A stretch of 64,000 nucleotides of DNA, taken from a virus (lineage: Duplodnaviria; Heunggongvirae; Uroviricota; Caudoviricetes). Below are positions 47,299-56,898 of the stretch, in pieces. Below the pieces are notes generated by a model. It worked only from the letters and a program-made list of their open reading frames with translations, searched no databases and was not told where the DNA came from. Where the stretch lies: the IMG/VR virus record IMGVR_UViG_3300047667_001391; one strand, given 5' to 3'. Position numbers and translations under genes: made by a program. Position 1 is the stretch's first letter. Each line of letters opens with the position of its first letter.

Positions 47299-47797
47299 GA
47301 TAAAAGTATTAAGAAGTTTATATTATGCGGGGAAAAGACTCAGGGATACGTCTCCAGTTGATGATGATTTTCCAGAAATGATGCATAATTTTGATGGTGC
47401 ATTATCGTTAGCCGAAAAATCAATAAATACCGGAGAACACCAAAGTATTAGTGATTTATGTAAACGCCATTTCGATTGGGTTGAACGTATGGGTTGGCAT
47501 AATAAAACTGTATTAGAATCGTTAGCATTAATTGCCAGTGAAGTCGGAGAAGCTTCAGAAGAGCTATCCGAAAATGACCCAATGCAATTAAAAATGGCAG
47601 GATTATCTAGAACTATCGCGAAAGCGGTTAATTGTTGCCGTAAAGAAAAACCGACTGATAATTTTAAAACAGAATTAGCAGATATATGTCTTCGTACATT
47701 TGACCTAGCAGAGACTGAGGGTATTGACTTACTTGAAGTAATACTAGCTAAAATGAAGGTTAATGAAGCCAACGGCACTAGAGGCCGAAAAATTTAA
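47291..47797 (+). CDS. MazG-like nucleotide pyrophosphohydrolase
   Basis: LIASEVGEASEEL and ELADICLRTFDLAETEGIDLLEVILAKMKVNEANGTRGRK match the MazG core and C-terminus. Confidence 0.6.
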   Translation: MSEIKVLRSLYYAGKRLRDTSPVDDDFPEMMHNFDGALSLAEKSINTGEHQSISDLCKRHFDWVERMGWHNKTVLESLALIASEVGEASEELSENDPMQLKMAGLSRTIAKAVNCCRKEKPTDNFKTELADICLRTFDLAETEGIDLLEVILAKMKVNEANGTRGRKI

Positions 47798-47812
47798 CAA
47801 TGGGGGAACATA

Positions 47813-48793
47813 ATGAGACTAAATGAGACACAAAAGTTGTGGCTGAATGAGAAGGTAAAAGATAAGGACGTAATATTTATGTCTGTTCATGGTAGCAGAC
47901 TTTATGGACTAGCATCCGAAACAAGTGATCACGACATCAAGGCTATATATTGCCCTTCAAAAGAAGACTTACTTATGGGTCGAGCACTAAAAACATATAA
48001 TTCAAAAAATCATAATATGAATATAGAATTAGAGCTTAAATCTATTAGTAGTTTCTTAAAAAGTGCATTGAGTTGCGACACAAACTGTATCGATTTATTA
48101 TTTACGCCACCAGAACATATTCTGTTCGATTCTAATTTATGGAATAAAATAAAATACTTTCGGCACGATATATTCTCTCAAGACATGAAAGGTATTATTG
48201 GTTATATAAAAACACATAGTTATAAATATACTAATAAAATTGATAGATTTGATGAGATTTCTAAATTATTAGAAATAACATTAAATATGCGGGATTTTGG
48301 GTCTACGTTAACATCAGATGTCGCCAACTCATCAAAATTAATTGATGGGAATTTTAAATATATAAAAAATGTAACCTTGGTTTCTGACCACGAGCAACAG
48401 TATTTGGAAGTTTGTGGTAAAAAATACATACATAATTTAAGTATTAATTCTTTAATTAGAGCACTACAACACGAAGTTTCTCGTTACGGTAACCGAACCA
48501 AGAAAGGTAGTGATGGTGGCATAGATACAAAAAGTCTAAGTCATGCAATTAGGGTGTTATCACAACTTGAAGAAATTATTAATTACGGCCGTGTGAATTT
48601 TCCTCTAATTGAGGCACCATATATTATGAATGTTAAGAATGGAAGGGTTGCACTCGAAAAAGTTATGACTGATATTGATGAACGTTATGATAGATGTATT
48701 CATCTATTAGCAAAAAACAAAAATAATTTCCCCGAAGTATCCAATGTGGATAATATGATTTCGGTAATTAGTAAATACGTTTTTGGGTATTGA
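47813..48793 (+). CDS. Pol-beta superfamily nucleotidyltransferase
   Basis: HGSRLYGLASETSDHDIKAIY fits the GS-x3-G-x5-SDxD minimal NTase motif, followed by a helical C-terminal domain. Confidence 0.55.
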   Translation: MRLNETQKLWLNEKVKDKDVIFMSVHGSRLYGLASETSDHDIKAIYCPSKEDLLMGRALKTYNSKNHNMNIELELKSISSFLKSALSCDTNCIDLLFTPPEHILFDSNLWNKIKYFRHDIFSQDMKGIIGYIKTHSYKYTNKIDRFDEISKLLEITLNMRDFGSTLTSDVANSSKLIDGNFKYIKNVTLVSDHEQQYLEVCGKKYIHNLSINSLIRALQHEVSRYGNRTKKGSDGGIDTKSLSHAIRVLSQLEEIINYGRVNFPLIEAPYIMNVKNGRVALEKVMTDIDERYDRCIHLLAKNKNNFPEVSNVDNMISVISKYVFGY

Positions 48794-48797
48794 ATGA

Positions 48798-49718
48798 ATG
48801 AGACATTCTTATTTCTATGGGTTCTACTCTAACCAACCATATTTGTGTTTTTCAAATAACTGGGAAGAGTTTTGTGGTACCATGCGTGGTTTATCTGAGG
48901 TGGCTGGATATAAACCTAGCCCGAAAGAATATGATAAATATTACGGGCTAATTTCTGCAGCTATATATGATAATGAAACTGATAAACGGGCTAATGATAA
49001 TGTAGTTGGTTGGGATTTATTAATATTAGATATCGACGACACTGATAAAAATCTAGATGAAATTAACGAAATATTTTGGGATTTTCATAGGCTGATGTAT
49101 TCTAGTGCGAGCTGTACTCACGCCAAACTAAAACTTAGGATTATTATACCACTAGATTCAACTGCACCAGCTGATAAGCTAAAGGATGTTTGGTACGCCG
49201 CCCAGATGTGGTGTGGTGGTCTGATAGACAAGCAAACTAAAGATATGTCTAGGATGCATTACATACCAGCTAGATATACCAATAAAGGTGATGATTACAG
49301 GCATTTTTTCGAGGTTAAGGCTGGTGTTTATCTAAATTGGAGGGGGTTAATAGAGAAATACCCAATGCCGCCTTCCAGTGAGCGTTTTAGGGAGAATAAT
49401 CCACTAAAAAAACTAAAGAGAAAAATATTTGTAGATAATAATCCGTTGCCTTGTTTTGATATACAATCTACTGACTGCAAGTTTGTCTGGGATTCTATGC
49501 TAAAGGAGTACGCACTGTTACCGGACGGAAGTCACCATTTGGGTATGTATCGGTTTTTAGTAAAAGTTTGTTACAATGCACAGAAATTAAACTACCCATT
49601 AACGTGTGAAGAATTAACCGATATGGGTGTACAGCTCGACGAAATAGATGGTGGTTTCTATGACGAAAAGAAAATACAAAATAGCTCATATGATGCTATG
49701 GATTTTGTTGGTTTATAG
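48798..49718 (+). CDS. hypothetical protein
   Basis: 306-aa ORF. Confidence 0.5.
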   Translation: MRHSYFYGFYSNQPYLCFSNNWEEFCGTMRGLSEVAGYKPSPKEYDKYYGLISAAIYDNETDKRANDNVVGWDLLILDIDDTDKNLDEINEIFWDFHRLMYSSASCTHAKLKLRIIIPLDSTAPADKLKDVWYAAQMWCGGLIDKQTKDMSRMHYIPARYTNKGDDYRHFFEVKAGVYLNWRGLIEKYPMPPSSERFRENNPLKKLKRKIFVDNNPLPCFDIQSTDCKFVWDSMLKEYALLPDGSHHLGMYRFLVKVCYNAQKLNYPLTCEELTDMGVQLDEIDGGFYDEKKIQNSSYDAMDFVGL

Positions 49719-49747
49719 CCAAATTACAAACAATAGGGGAGAAGATA

Positions 49748-51043
49748 TTGGTAACATTAAACGATGGTCAAGCTAACGCAAAGAAAGTGATTCTAGGTGT
49801 AATAAATAGGGGAGAAAACAGTAAGGTTGATAAATTTGTTACTTTGGTTGGTCCCGCTGGTTGCGGTAAAACATTTACTGTAGTTGAAATATTAAAATCT
49901 CTCGGCCCAAGAGTTTCAGTTGGTCTTACCTCACCAACACACAAGGCATGCGCAGTTCTTCGCCAAATGGCATTTACTGCGGGTATTGCGAATAGATGCG
50001 ATATTAGGACAATACATAGTGCATTGGGATTAGTACTAAAGCAAGTGGATGGCGCAGAAGAAATAAGTAGAGATAGATACGCAGAAGAAAAAATATATGA
50101 TGTGTTATTTATTGATGAATGTTCGATGACTGACGACGCTTTACTCGAATTTATTATAGAAAGTGAATCAACTACAATAATATTTGTTGGGGATGTTGCT
50201 CAAATTTCACCTGTTACTTCAGTTTCCGGTATGATAAGTAAAACATTTACTGAAGTTTCTCAGGTTATAAAATTGACTGATATTGTCCGGCAGGCTCAAG
50301 GTAACCCAATAATTCAGTTGGCGACTGCACTTAGATTATGTCAAGAAGACCCAAACCGAGGGTGGCCAAAAATATTACCTAATTTATTAGATGATGGGAG
50401 TGGGGTCAACGTGTTAAATAAGCCCACTTGGTTTAATGAAGCAGTTAATATATTCTCCAGCGAAGAATTTAAATCAAATCAAGATTTATGTAGATGCATC
50501 GCATATACAAATAAAACAGTTGATATGATTAATGAAAAAATTCGTAAAGCCATTCATGGCCAAGATGTACCAGAATACATGAAAACCGAAACTATTATTG
50601 CCCAAAGTGCTGGTAAATTTCATAAAAATGCAGAAGAAATGCGAATTATGGAGATCGAGCTTATAGACGATGAAGTGTACAACTTATCGTGCTGGTCTAT
50701 GAAATTATACTCTTTGCATGATGATGTTATACATAACGTATTAGTATTGAGTGATGTATCAAAAAAGGATTATGAATCAAAGTTAAATAAGTTTTCAGAA
50801 CTAGCAAGATTAGACTCCCAGAATAAAGGTCAGCATTGGAAATCATTCTGGACACTAAAAAACACGTTTGATGATTTTAAACATATTTATGCAATGAGTG
50901 CTCATAAAAGTCAGGGGTCTACTATAAAATATGTGTATGTCTACGCACCAGATTTTATTAGGTTTGGTGCTACTATGGAAATGAAACAGTTAGTATATAC
51001 TGCGACAACAAGAGCTAGTTTTCTAACTACCTTTACTTACTAG
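49748..51043 (+). CDS. dda: Dda-like SF1B DNA helicase (RecD family)
   Basis: Walker A GPAGCGKT, FIDECSM and HKSQGST...VYV compare with T4 Dda. TTG start with a GGGGAG SD. Confidence 0.8.
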   Translation: MVTLNDGQANAKKVILGVINRGENSKVDKFVTLVGPAGCGKTFTVVEILKSLGPRVSVGLTSPTHKACAVLRQMAFTAGIANRCDIRTIHSALGLVLKQVDGAEEISRDRYAEEKIYDVLFIDECSMTDDALLEFIIESESTTIIFVGDVAQISPVTSVSGMISKTFTEVSQVIKLTDIVRQAQGNPIIQLATALRLCQEDPNRGWPKILPNLLDDGSGVNVLNKPTWFNEAVNIFSSEEFKSNQDLCRCIAYTNKTVDMINEKIRKAIHGQDVPEYMKTETIIAQSAGKFHKNAEEMRIMEIELIDDEVYNLSCWSMKLYSLHDDVIHNVLVLSDVSKKDYESKLNKFSELARLDSQNKGQHWKSFWTLKNTFDDFKHIYAMSAHKSQGSTIKYVYVYAPDFIRFGATMEMKQLVYTATTRASFLTTFTY

Positions 51044-51051
51044 GAAATATT

Positions 51052-51408
51052 ATGTTTAAAAAATTATGGTTTTATGTAATTTGCTGGAAACATAGAAATA
51101 CACCGTTCTTTGATTTAGCTGATCAATATTCTCTGTTATTAAAAGCTGCTCGGAGGTGCTCATACGATATGTCTCATTGCTCAAGTGAGCTAGATATGTT
51201 GTTGTCGAGAACTAACGAAAAGGCTATTATAGATTTTCATGAACGTTCGAGAATGTGGCTTGGTTTATTTAATCCAGATGGCGGTAAAGACTACCGTCAT
51301 CGTTTACATCATGACATCGATATATTAGACTTAGAAATATCAAGACTAAAGCGTTTATGTAATGAGCATAAAATCGACCACACAGACCCAGATGGAGCAC
51401 CATTCTAA
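51052..51408 (+). CDS. hypothetical protein
   Basis: 118-aa ORF. Confidence 0.5.
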   Translation: MFKKLWFYVICWKHRNTPFFDLADQYSLLLKAARRCSYDMSHCSSELDMLLSRTNEKAIIDFHERSRMWLGLFNPDGGKDYRHRLHHDIDILDLEISRLKRLCNEHKIDHTDPDGAPF

Positions 51409-52064
51409 TGAAAAACACAGTGAATTTTGAAAAATATAATTTAGTGTTCGCATCTACCCAAGATTTTGGTTGGTTAGAACCCGACTGGAACGGCGTCCGT
51501 AAGCAAAACAAAATGGATATCATTAGACTAAAGCAAGCACAGGTAGAATCTGAAAATAGCAATTGTGTTAAGCATAGTGTTGGTTGCATCATTACGGACG
51601 TAGAGGGTAAGATTTTATCTTCTGGGTACAACGGCACACCGAAAGGTCACCAGAACTGCTGCGCTAAGTTTCCAAATTTTAAAAATGAAGTAAAAAATTC
51701 AGAAACTAAAATCGAAGCCCTTCATATGTTGCCTGAAGGAAGTTGGAACGCCGCAAGAAAACTCCTACTTAGACAAGAAGAAGATAAATTATTGCGCCTG
51801 CGTGATGAACATCATCTGTGGTCAAAAAAGAATGAAAATCATGCAGAAGTTAACGCAATGTTACGTAGTGACCCAAAATCTCGTATTGGTGGCACGGTAT
51901 ATGTAAACCTACAACCATGCGAAGAATGCGCTAAAATGATAGCAGGTTCCGGTGTTTCTCGCGTAGTCTATGGAAAGGCATATGAAAGGTCAGATAAGTC
52001 GTTTTCTGAGTCGTTTTTTAGTGCTTCTAACATCAAATACATACATATCCCTGACATTATATAA
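51408..52064 (+). CDS. dCMP deaminase
   Basis: Cytidine/dCMP deaminase zinc motifs HAEVNAM and PCEECAKMI. Confidence 0.8.
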   Translation: MKNTVNFEKYNLVFASTQDFGWLEPDWNGVRKQNKMDIIRLKQAQVESENSNCVKHSVGCIITDVEGKILSSGYNGTPKGHQNCCAKFPNFKNEVKNSETKIEALHMLPEGSWNAARKLLLRQEEDKLLRLRDEHHLWSKKNENHAEVNAMLRSDPKSRIGGTVYVNLQPCEECAKMIAGSGVSRVVYGKAYERSDKSFSESFFSASNIKYIHIPDII

Positions 52065-52071
52065 TTAATCC

Positions 52072-52099
52072 TTTACTTCTTAGTTCAGTAGTGTAATAT
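52072..52099 (+). promoter_or_regulatory. sigma70-like promoter TTTACT-16-TAATAT driving the 8-gene paralog array
   Basis: Consensus boxes, followed by an unusually GC-rich ~50-nt leader. Confidence 0.55.
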
Positions 52100-52148
52100 G
52101 CACCTGAGCTAAGGGGGTTGTCCCGAAGCAGGCTTACGGAATCACATC

Positions 52149-52358
52149 ATGTTAAATGAAAAAATGAAATCGGTTATAGCTGCCTTACGTAATGGTAAAT
52201 ATAATCAATCTAAGGTTAGCCTGCAAGATTCTGATATGCAGTGCTATTTAGGTGTTTTATGTGACGAAAAGGAAACTGGGCATAAAAGTAGACGTAACTC
52301 ATCCCCAGAAATCGCTGTCGTTGATAACACAAACACAGAAGGATTACTTATATGTTAA
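52149..52358 (+). CDS. paralog-array member 1 (truncated, central segment deleted)
   Basis: Shares an N-terminus (M.NE.MK.V.AALR.GKY.Q) and a C-terminal EGLLI with the array family. Confidence 0.5.
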   Translation: MLNEKMKSVIAALRNGKYNQSKVSLQDSDMQCYLGVLCDEKETGHKSRRNSSPEIAVVDNTNTEGLLIC

Positions 52359-52699
52359 ACGAAAATATGAAATCGGTTATAGTTGCCCTACGTAGTGGTA
52401 AATACAAGCAGACCGTAGGTGCTTTACAAAATAGCTGTGGTCATTGCATACTTGGTGTAATTTGTGAGGTGTACGAAACAGACACTGGGGAAAGTCCAAA
52501 ACGTGATTTGCGTGGTCGATTAATAGGTGAAGATTTATCTAGCCATATGGATGTACAGGAGTGGGTGGGTTTAGTGGACGGTGACGGTGATTGCGGCATT
52601 AGTAGACCATCACTAATGACTATGAACGATATACACAAAAATACATTCTCGGAAATCGCTGATTTTATTGAGTCTAATCCAGAAGGATTATTAGTATGA
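52352..52699 (+). CDS. paralog-array member 2
   Basis: Conserved N-terminus MxNxNMKxVxVALRSGxYxQT..LQ.S.GHCxLGVxCEVYE, then WVGL and a C-terminal F.EIADFIE..PEGLLV. Confidence 0.65.
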   Translation: MLNENMKSVIVALRSGKYKQTVGALQNSCGHCILGVICEVYETDTGESPKRDLRGRLIGEDLSSHMDVQEWVGLVDGDGDCGISRPSLMTMNDIHKNTFSEIADFIESNPEGLLV

Positions 52700-53040
52700 T
52701 AAACAAAAATATGAAAAAAGTGTTGGTTGCCTTACGCTCCGGTGAATTTACACAAACTGTAGCAAAATTACAAGATAGTTCTGGCCACTGTTGTTTAGGT
52801 GTGATGTGCGAAGTTTATGAGAAAGAAACTGGTGATGAACTTCCGCGTGACCAATCAGATTTTTTAGTGGGCAATAATCTTAACGACCATCAAAATGCAT
52901 TACTTTGGCTGGGGCTAAGCAGCCCTCAAGGGCATAATGAGGTTGGTAGCAGCCTTATTTGCAGAAATGATTTTAATAGAAATACATTCTTAGAAATTGC
53001 TGATTTCATCGAATCTGAACCAAAAGGATTATTAGTATGA
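52696..53040 (+). CDS. paralog-array member 3
   Basis: Same family. ATGA overlap with its neighbours. Confidence 0.65.
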   Translation: MINKNMKKVLVALRSGEFTQTVAKLQDSSGHCCLGVMCEVYEKETGDELPRDQSDFLVGNNLNDHQNALLWLGLSSPQGHNEVGSSLICRNDFNRNTFLEIADFIESEPKGLLV

Positions 53041-53411
53041 TAAACAAAAATATGAAAAAAGTGTTGGTTGCCTTACGCTCTGGTGAATTCACCCAAGCCG
53101 AAGGTATGCTACAATGTTCTGGTGGCCACTGTTGTTTAGGTGTGATGTGCGAGGTTTATGAGAAAGAAACTGGTGATGAACTTCCACATAATAGCATGGG
53201 GTTTTTGGTAGGTGGGGATCTTGATGGGCAGTTTTTTGGTAAAGTAAAGAGTTGGGTGGGACTAAAAAGTTACTCTGGAAAATTTGTTGGTTCATCGGGT
53301 AATCCCAATACTCCCAATAATTCACTAGTGGATATGAATGACACATTAAATAAGTCATTCGATGATATTGCTGATTTCATCGAAACTGAACCAGAAGGAT
53401 TATTAGTATGA
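53037..53411 (+). CDS. paralog-array member 4
   Basis: Same family. ATGA overlap. Confidence 0.65.
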   Translation: MINKNMKKVLVALRSGEFTQAEGMLQCSGGHCCLGVMCEVYEKETGDELPHNSMGFLVGGDLDGQFFGKVKSWVGLKSYSGKFVGSSGNPNTPNNSLVDMNDTLNKSFDDIADFIETEPEGLLV

Positions 53412-53761
53412 TAAACGAAAATATGAAGAAAGTTTTAGTTGCCTTACGTTCCGGTGAATATCAGCAAACTAAATGTAAATTACAAGATAGTTATGGTCAC
53501 TGTTGTTTAGGTGTGATGTGTGATGTTTACGAAAAAGAAACTGGTGTCAAACTTCGACGAGATACTGATAATTATATAAATGGATACAGTCTTGTCTTTA
53601 TACAAGAAGTGCAGCAGTGGGTTGGATTAACTGATACACATGGTACATTTATGTCACCAAGTAAACCATACTCACTAGCGACGATGAACGATCTTGAGGA
53701 TAAAACATTCCTAGAAATTGCTGATTTCATCGAAACTGAGCCAGAAGGATTATTAGTATGA
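53408..53761 (+). CDS. paralog-array member 5
   Basis: Same family. ATGA overlap. Confidence 0.65.
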   Translation: MINENMKKVLVALRSGEYQQTKCKLQDSYGHCCLGVMCDVYEKETGVKLRRDTDNYINGYSLVFIQEVQQWVGLTDTHGTFMSPSKPYSLATMNDLEDKTFLEIADFIETEPEGLLV

Positions 53762-54093
53762 TAAACGAAAATATGAAAAAGGTTTTAGTTGCCTTACGTA
53801 GTGGTGAATATAAACAAACTCAATATAGATTACAAGATTCTGGTGGCCACTGTTGCTTAGGTGTGATGTGCGAAGTTTATGAGAAAGAAACTGGTGTCAA
53901 ACTTCCGCGAGATGGTGTATCAGGTTTTATAGTAGGTTCTAATCTTAATAAATTTCCGTTAGTAAAGAGCTGGGTGGGATTACACGAAGACATCGTAGCT
54001 GATGTTAATGCGAATATCGATTTACTGGTGGGTATGAATGACACATTTAATAATTCATTCGATGAAATCGCTGACTTCATCGAAACTGAATAA
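53758..54093 (+). CDS. paralog-array member 6 (C-terminus shortened by a small indel)
   Basis: Same family. Ends ...FIETE. Confidence 0.6.
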   Translation: MINENMKKVLVALRSGEYKQTQYRLQDSGGHCCLGVMCEVYEKETGVKLPRDGVSGFIVGSNLNKFPLVKSWVGLHEDIVADVNANIDLLVGMNDTFNNSFDEIADFIETE

Positions 54094-54104
54094 AAAGGAT
54101 TATT

Positions 54105-54458
54105 ATGATAAACGAAAATATGAAGAAAGTTTTAGTTGCCTTACGTTCCGGTGAATTCACACAAACAACATCAACCTTACAAGATAGTTGTGGTCACTGT
54201 TGTTTAGGTGTGATGTGTGAAGTTTACGAAAAGGAAACTGGTGTCAAACTTCCGCGAGATATATCAGGTTTTATAGTAGGTTCTAATCTTAGTGGTTTTC
54301 CTCTAGTAAAGAGCTGGGTGGGATTAAATAAAGACAACGATGCGGGTCATGCAGATGGCAGTATATATTCACTAGTGGATATGAACGATAGGCTCAATAA
54401 TACTTTCTTAGAAATTGCTGATCATATCGAGTCTCAACCAAAAGGATTATTAGTATGA
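54105..54458 (+). CDS. paralog-array member 7
   Basis: Same family. Confidence 0.65.
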   Translation: MINENMKKVLVALRSGEFTQTTSTLQDSCGHCCLGVMCEVYEKETGVKLPRDISGFIVGSNLSGFPLVKSWVGLNKDNDAGHADGSIYSLVDMNDRLNNTFLEIADHIESQPKGLLV

Positions 54459-54799
54459 TAAACGAAAATATGAAGAAAGTTTTAGTTGCCTTACGCTCCG
54501 GTGAATATAAACAAACTCAAGAATCGTTACAAGATAAATCTGGTCACTGTTGTTTAGGTGTGATGTGTGAAGTTTACGAAAAAGAAACTGGGGATACTAT
54601 CCCCCGTAGTAGTAGTGGACTTATTATCGGTGGTGATCTTGGTGTAAGACGCCAAAAAGTAAGACGCTGGGTGGGACTAAAACATCATAACGGTTCGTGC
54701 TTGGTTGGCAAATCACTAATTTCTATGAATGACGCAAATAAGTCATTCATAGAAATTGCTGATCATATCGAGTCTCAACCAGAAGGGTTATTAGTATAA
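54455..54799 (+). CDS. paralog-array member 8
   Basis: Same family. ATGA overlap. Confidence 0.65.
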   Translation: MINENMKKVLVALRSGEYKQTQESLQDKSGHCCLGVMCEVYEKETGDTIPRSSSGLIIGGDLGVRRQKVRRWVGLKHHNGSCLVGKSLISMNDANKSFIEIADHIESQPEGLLV

Positions 54800-54814
54800 T
54801 TAACAAATAAAGCT

Positions 54815-54842
54815 TTTATATTATAAAATAGTCTGGTACACT
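54815..54842 (+). promoter_or_regulatory. putative promoter TTTATA-16-TACACT with a TACCTT leader (weak -35)
   Basis: Homologous in layout to the promoters at 57351, 59056 and 62252. Confidence 0.4.
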
Positions 54843-54881
54843 TACCTTTCTCAAATAAACAACTAACAGCAGGAAAACACA

Positions 54882-56888
54882 ATGGATTTCATGACACTGA
54901 AGATGGCAATAAACAATAAGTTTGACGAACTTCAAAAGGGCAACTTATATATTTCCAATGCAACTAAAGAAGAATTATGGGACACGTACATATCTTCGTT
55001 TCGCCCAGAAGATAACCCAATGTTTCGTGAGCGAACCGAACATGATTGTAATTGCTGCAAGTCTTTTATTCGCACTGCTGGCGGTATGTTGTCCATCGTT
55101 AATAATAAGATTGTGTCTATTTGGGATGTCGTAGATGTACCAGAGGGCTATCAAATCGTCGCCGATGCTATGTCTGCATTAGTTAAAAGTAGGGGCATAG
55201 ATACTGAATTTCTTCACTATGAAAATACTGTTGGTACGGACCATAACCACGACACAGAAACTGATGTTGTGTGGAATCATTTTTATTTAAAATTACCATC
55301 TAGATTTGTTAATAAAGACTCAGGTGCAGTAACTGGTCTAACCCGTGACCGATACAATATGGCACGTCGTTCATTAGCTGGGATCACGATGGAATCTATT
55401 AATATTGTGATTGAGTTAGTTAAAAATAAAGAAATTTATCGCGGCGAAGAGCACTTAGATTCCATTAATAAATTCGCCGGAACGAAAAATGCTTTCGAGA
55501 GTATTAGTGAGCAAAATGTCGAAGCTAGAACAGCATTTCTCTGGGAAGCCAGTAAAAGAATTGGTGCAGCATCTGGTTTTCGAACTACAGTAATTGGTAC
55601 GTTGTTATCTGATATTAGTGAAGGGGTTGAATTATATAAAGCTGTAAAGTCTTTTGAGAGTAAAGTAGCACCAAGTAATTACAAGCGACCAACTCAGATT
55701 TTATCTAAGGCTGCCATCGAAAAAGCTGAAGCTAAAATGATTGAGTTGCTTATCACAGATGCATCACTTGAACGCAGAATGTCAAGAGCTGAAGACATTA
55801 CTATAAATAATGTGTTATTTGCAGACCGCTCCGCTCAAGAAAAAATGGGTATTTTTCATATGCTACAATCTGAGGTTAAGGTTAAGGTGCCGTCATATAA
55901 AAAGGACATGGAAATGTCAATTGATGAGTTCATAAACGACGTGTTACCAAACGTATCGACGGTTGAAATGGCCATGGATAACACACATGTCGGTAATTTA
56001 ATGACCTTAGTCTCGCCAATATACGAAGAAGCTGAATCAATCCTCAAGTGGGGCAATAATTTTAGTTGGTCATATAATGGTGAAGTTACTGACTCAATCA
56101 AAGAGCGCGTAAAAGCTGCTGGCGGTAATGTAACTGGCGATGTACGAGTCTCATTGAGTTGGCACAACGCTGATGACTTAGATTTGCATGCCAAAACACC
56201 TAATGGGCGAAGAATTAATTTTAGTAATCGAACTGATGGGCGTGGCGGTGAGTTAGATGTCGATATGAACGCTAATGGTAGACATGACAGAATAAATCCA
56301 GTAGAAAACATTACGTGGCCAGATGAGTCACGGATGCATAATGGTTTATATGAAGTTAATGTTCATAATTACACGAAGCGTCAAAATGATAATATCGGGT
56401 TTGAGGTTGAGTTAGAGCATAAAGGTATAATCCATAAATTCGTTTATGATAAGGCAGTGAAGGACGGAGAATCTATTGAAGTGGTTCAGTTTGATTTTAA
56501 TACACGAAATGGTATTAGTATAATTAAGTCATTGCCATCAGTTAATTCTCAAAGACAAGTTTGGGGTGTCTCCACCAATAAATTCCAAAAGGTGAGTATG
56601 ATTATGAATTCACCAAACCATTGGGATGGTGAAGCTACCGGAAACAAGCATGTGTTCTTTATGTTAGAAGGGTGTGTTAATCCAGAACCAGTGCGCGGAT
56701 TTTATAACGAATTCCTACGCGATGATTTACACAGTGAACGCAAAGTGTTTGAAGTACTGGCTGGTAAAATGAAACCGGAACCATCAGTTAATCAGTTATC
56801 TGGTTTAGGGTTCTCAAGTACGCAGCGCAATAGTGTATTATGTAAAGTTACAGGCGAAATCAATCGCACAATTAAAATTAAGTTCTGA
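54882..56888 (+). CDS. large hypothetical protein (668 aa) with a possible TerD-like beta-sandwich region
   Basis: VRVSLSWHNADDLDLHAKTPNGRRINFSN...GGELDVDMN resembles the TerD signature (GLGWD...DLDaSa...fyn). An N-terminal HDCNCCKSF Cys cluster is present. Confidence 0.55.
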   Translation: MDFMTLKMAINNKFDELQKGNLYISNATKEELWDTYISSFRPEDNPMFRERTEHDCNCCKSFIRTAGGMLSIVNNKIVSIWDVVDVPEGYQIVADAMSALVKSRGIDTEFLHYENTVGTDHNHDTETDVVWNHFYLKLPSRFVNKDSGAVTGLTRDRYNMARRSLAGITMESINIVIELVKNKEIYRGEEHLDSINKFAGTKNAFESISEQNVEARTAFLWEASKRIGAASGFRTTVIGTLLSDISEGVELYKAVKSFESKVAPSNYKRPTQILSKAAIEKAEAKMIELLITDASLERRMSRAEDITINNVLFADRSAQEKMGIFHMLQSEVKVKVPSYKKDMEMSIDEFINDVLPNVSTVEMAMDNTHVGNLMTLVSPIYEEAESILKWGNNFSWSYNGEVTDSIKERVKAAGGNVTGDVRVSLSWHNADDLDLHAKTPNGRRINFSNRTDGRGGELDVDMNANGRHDRINPVENITWPDESRMHNGLYEVNVHNYTKRQNDNIGFEVELEHKGIIHKFVYDKAVKDGESIEVVQFDFNTRNGISIIKSLPSVNSQRQVWGVSTNKFQKVSMIMNSPNHWDGEATGNKHVFFMLEGCVNPEPVRGFYNEFLRDDLHSERKVFEVLAGKMKPEPSVNQLSGLGFSSTQRNSVLCKVTGEINRTIKIKF

Positions 56889-56898
56889 GGAGAATATT

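Noticed and set aside
52149-54799. Diversity-generating retroelement (DGR) targeting the paralog array
   Set aside because: There is no reverse transcriptase or template repeat in the window. Variation is spread across whole segments with indels, not adenine-specific substitutions in a single variable repeat.
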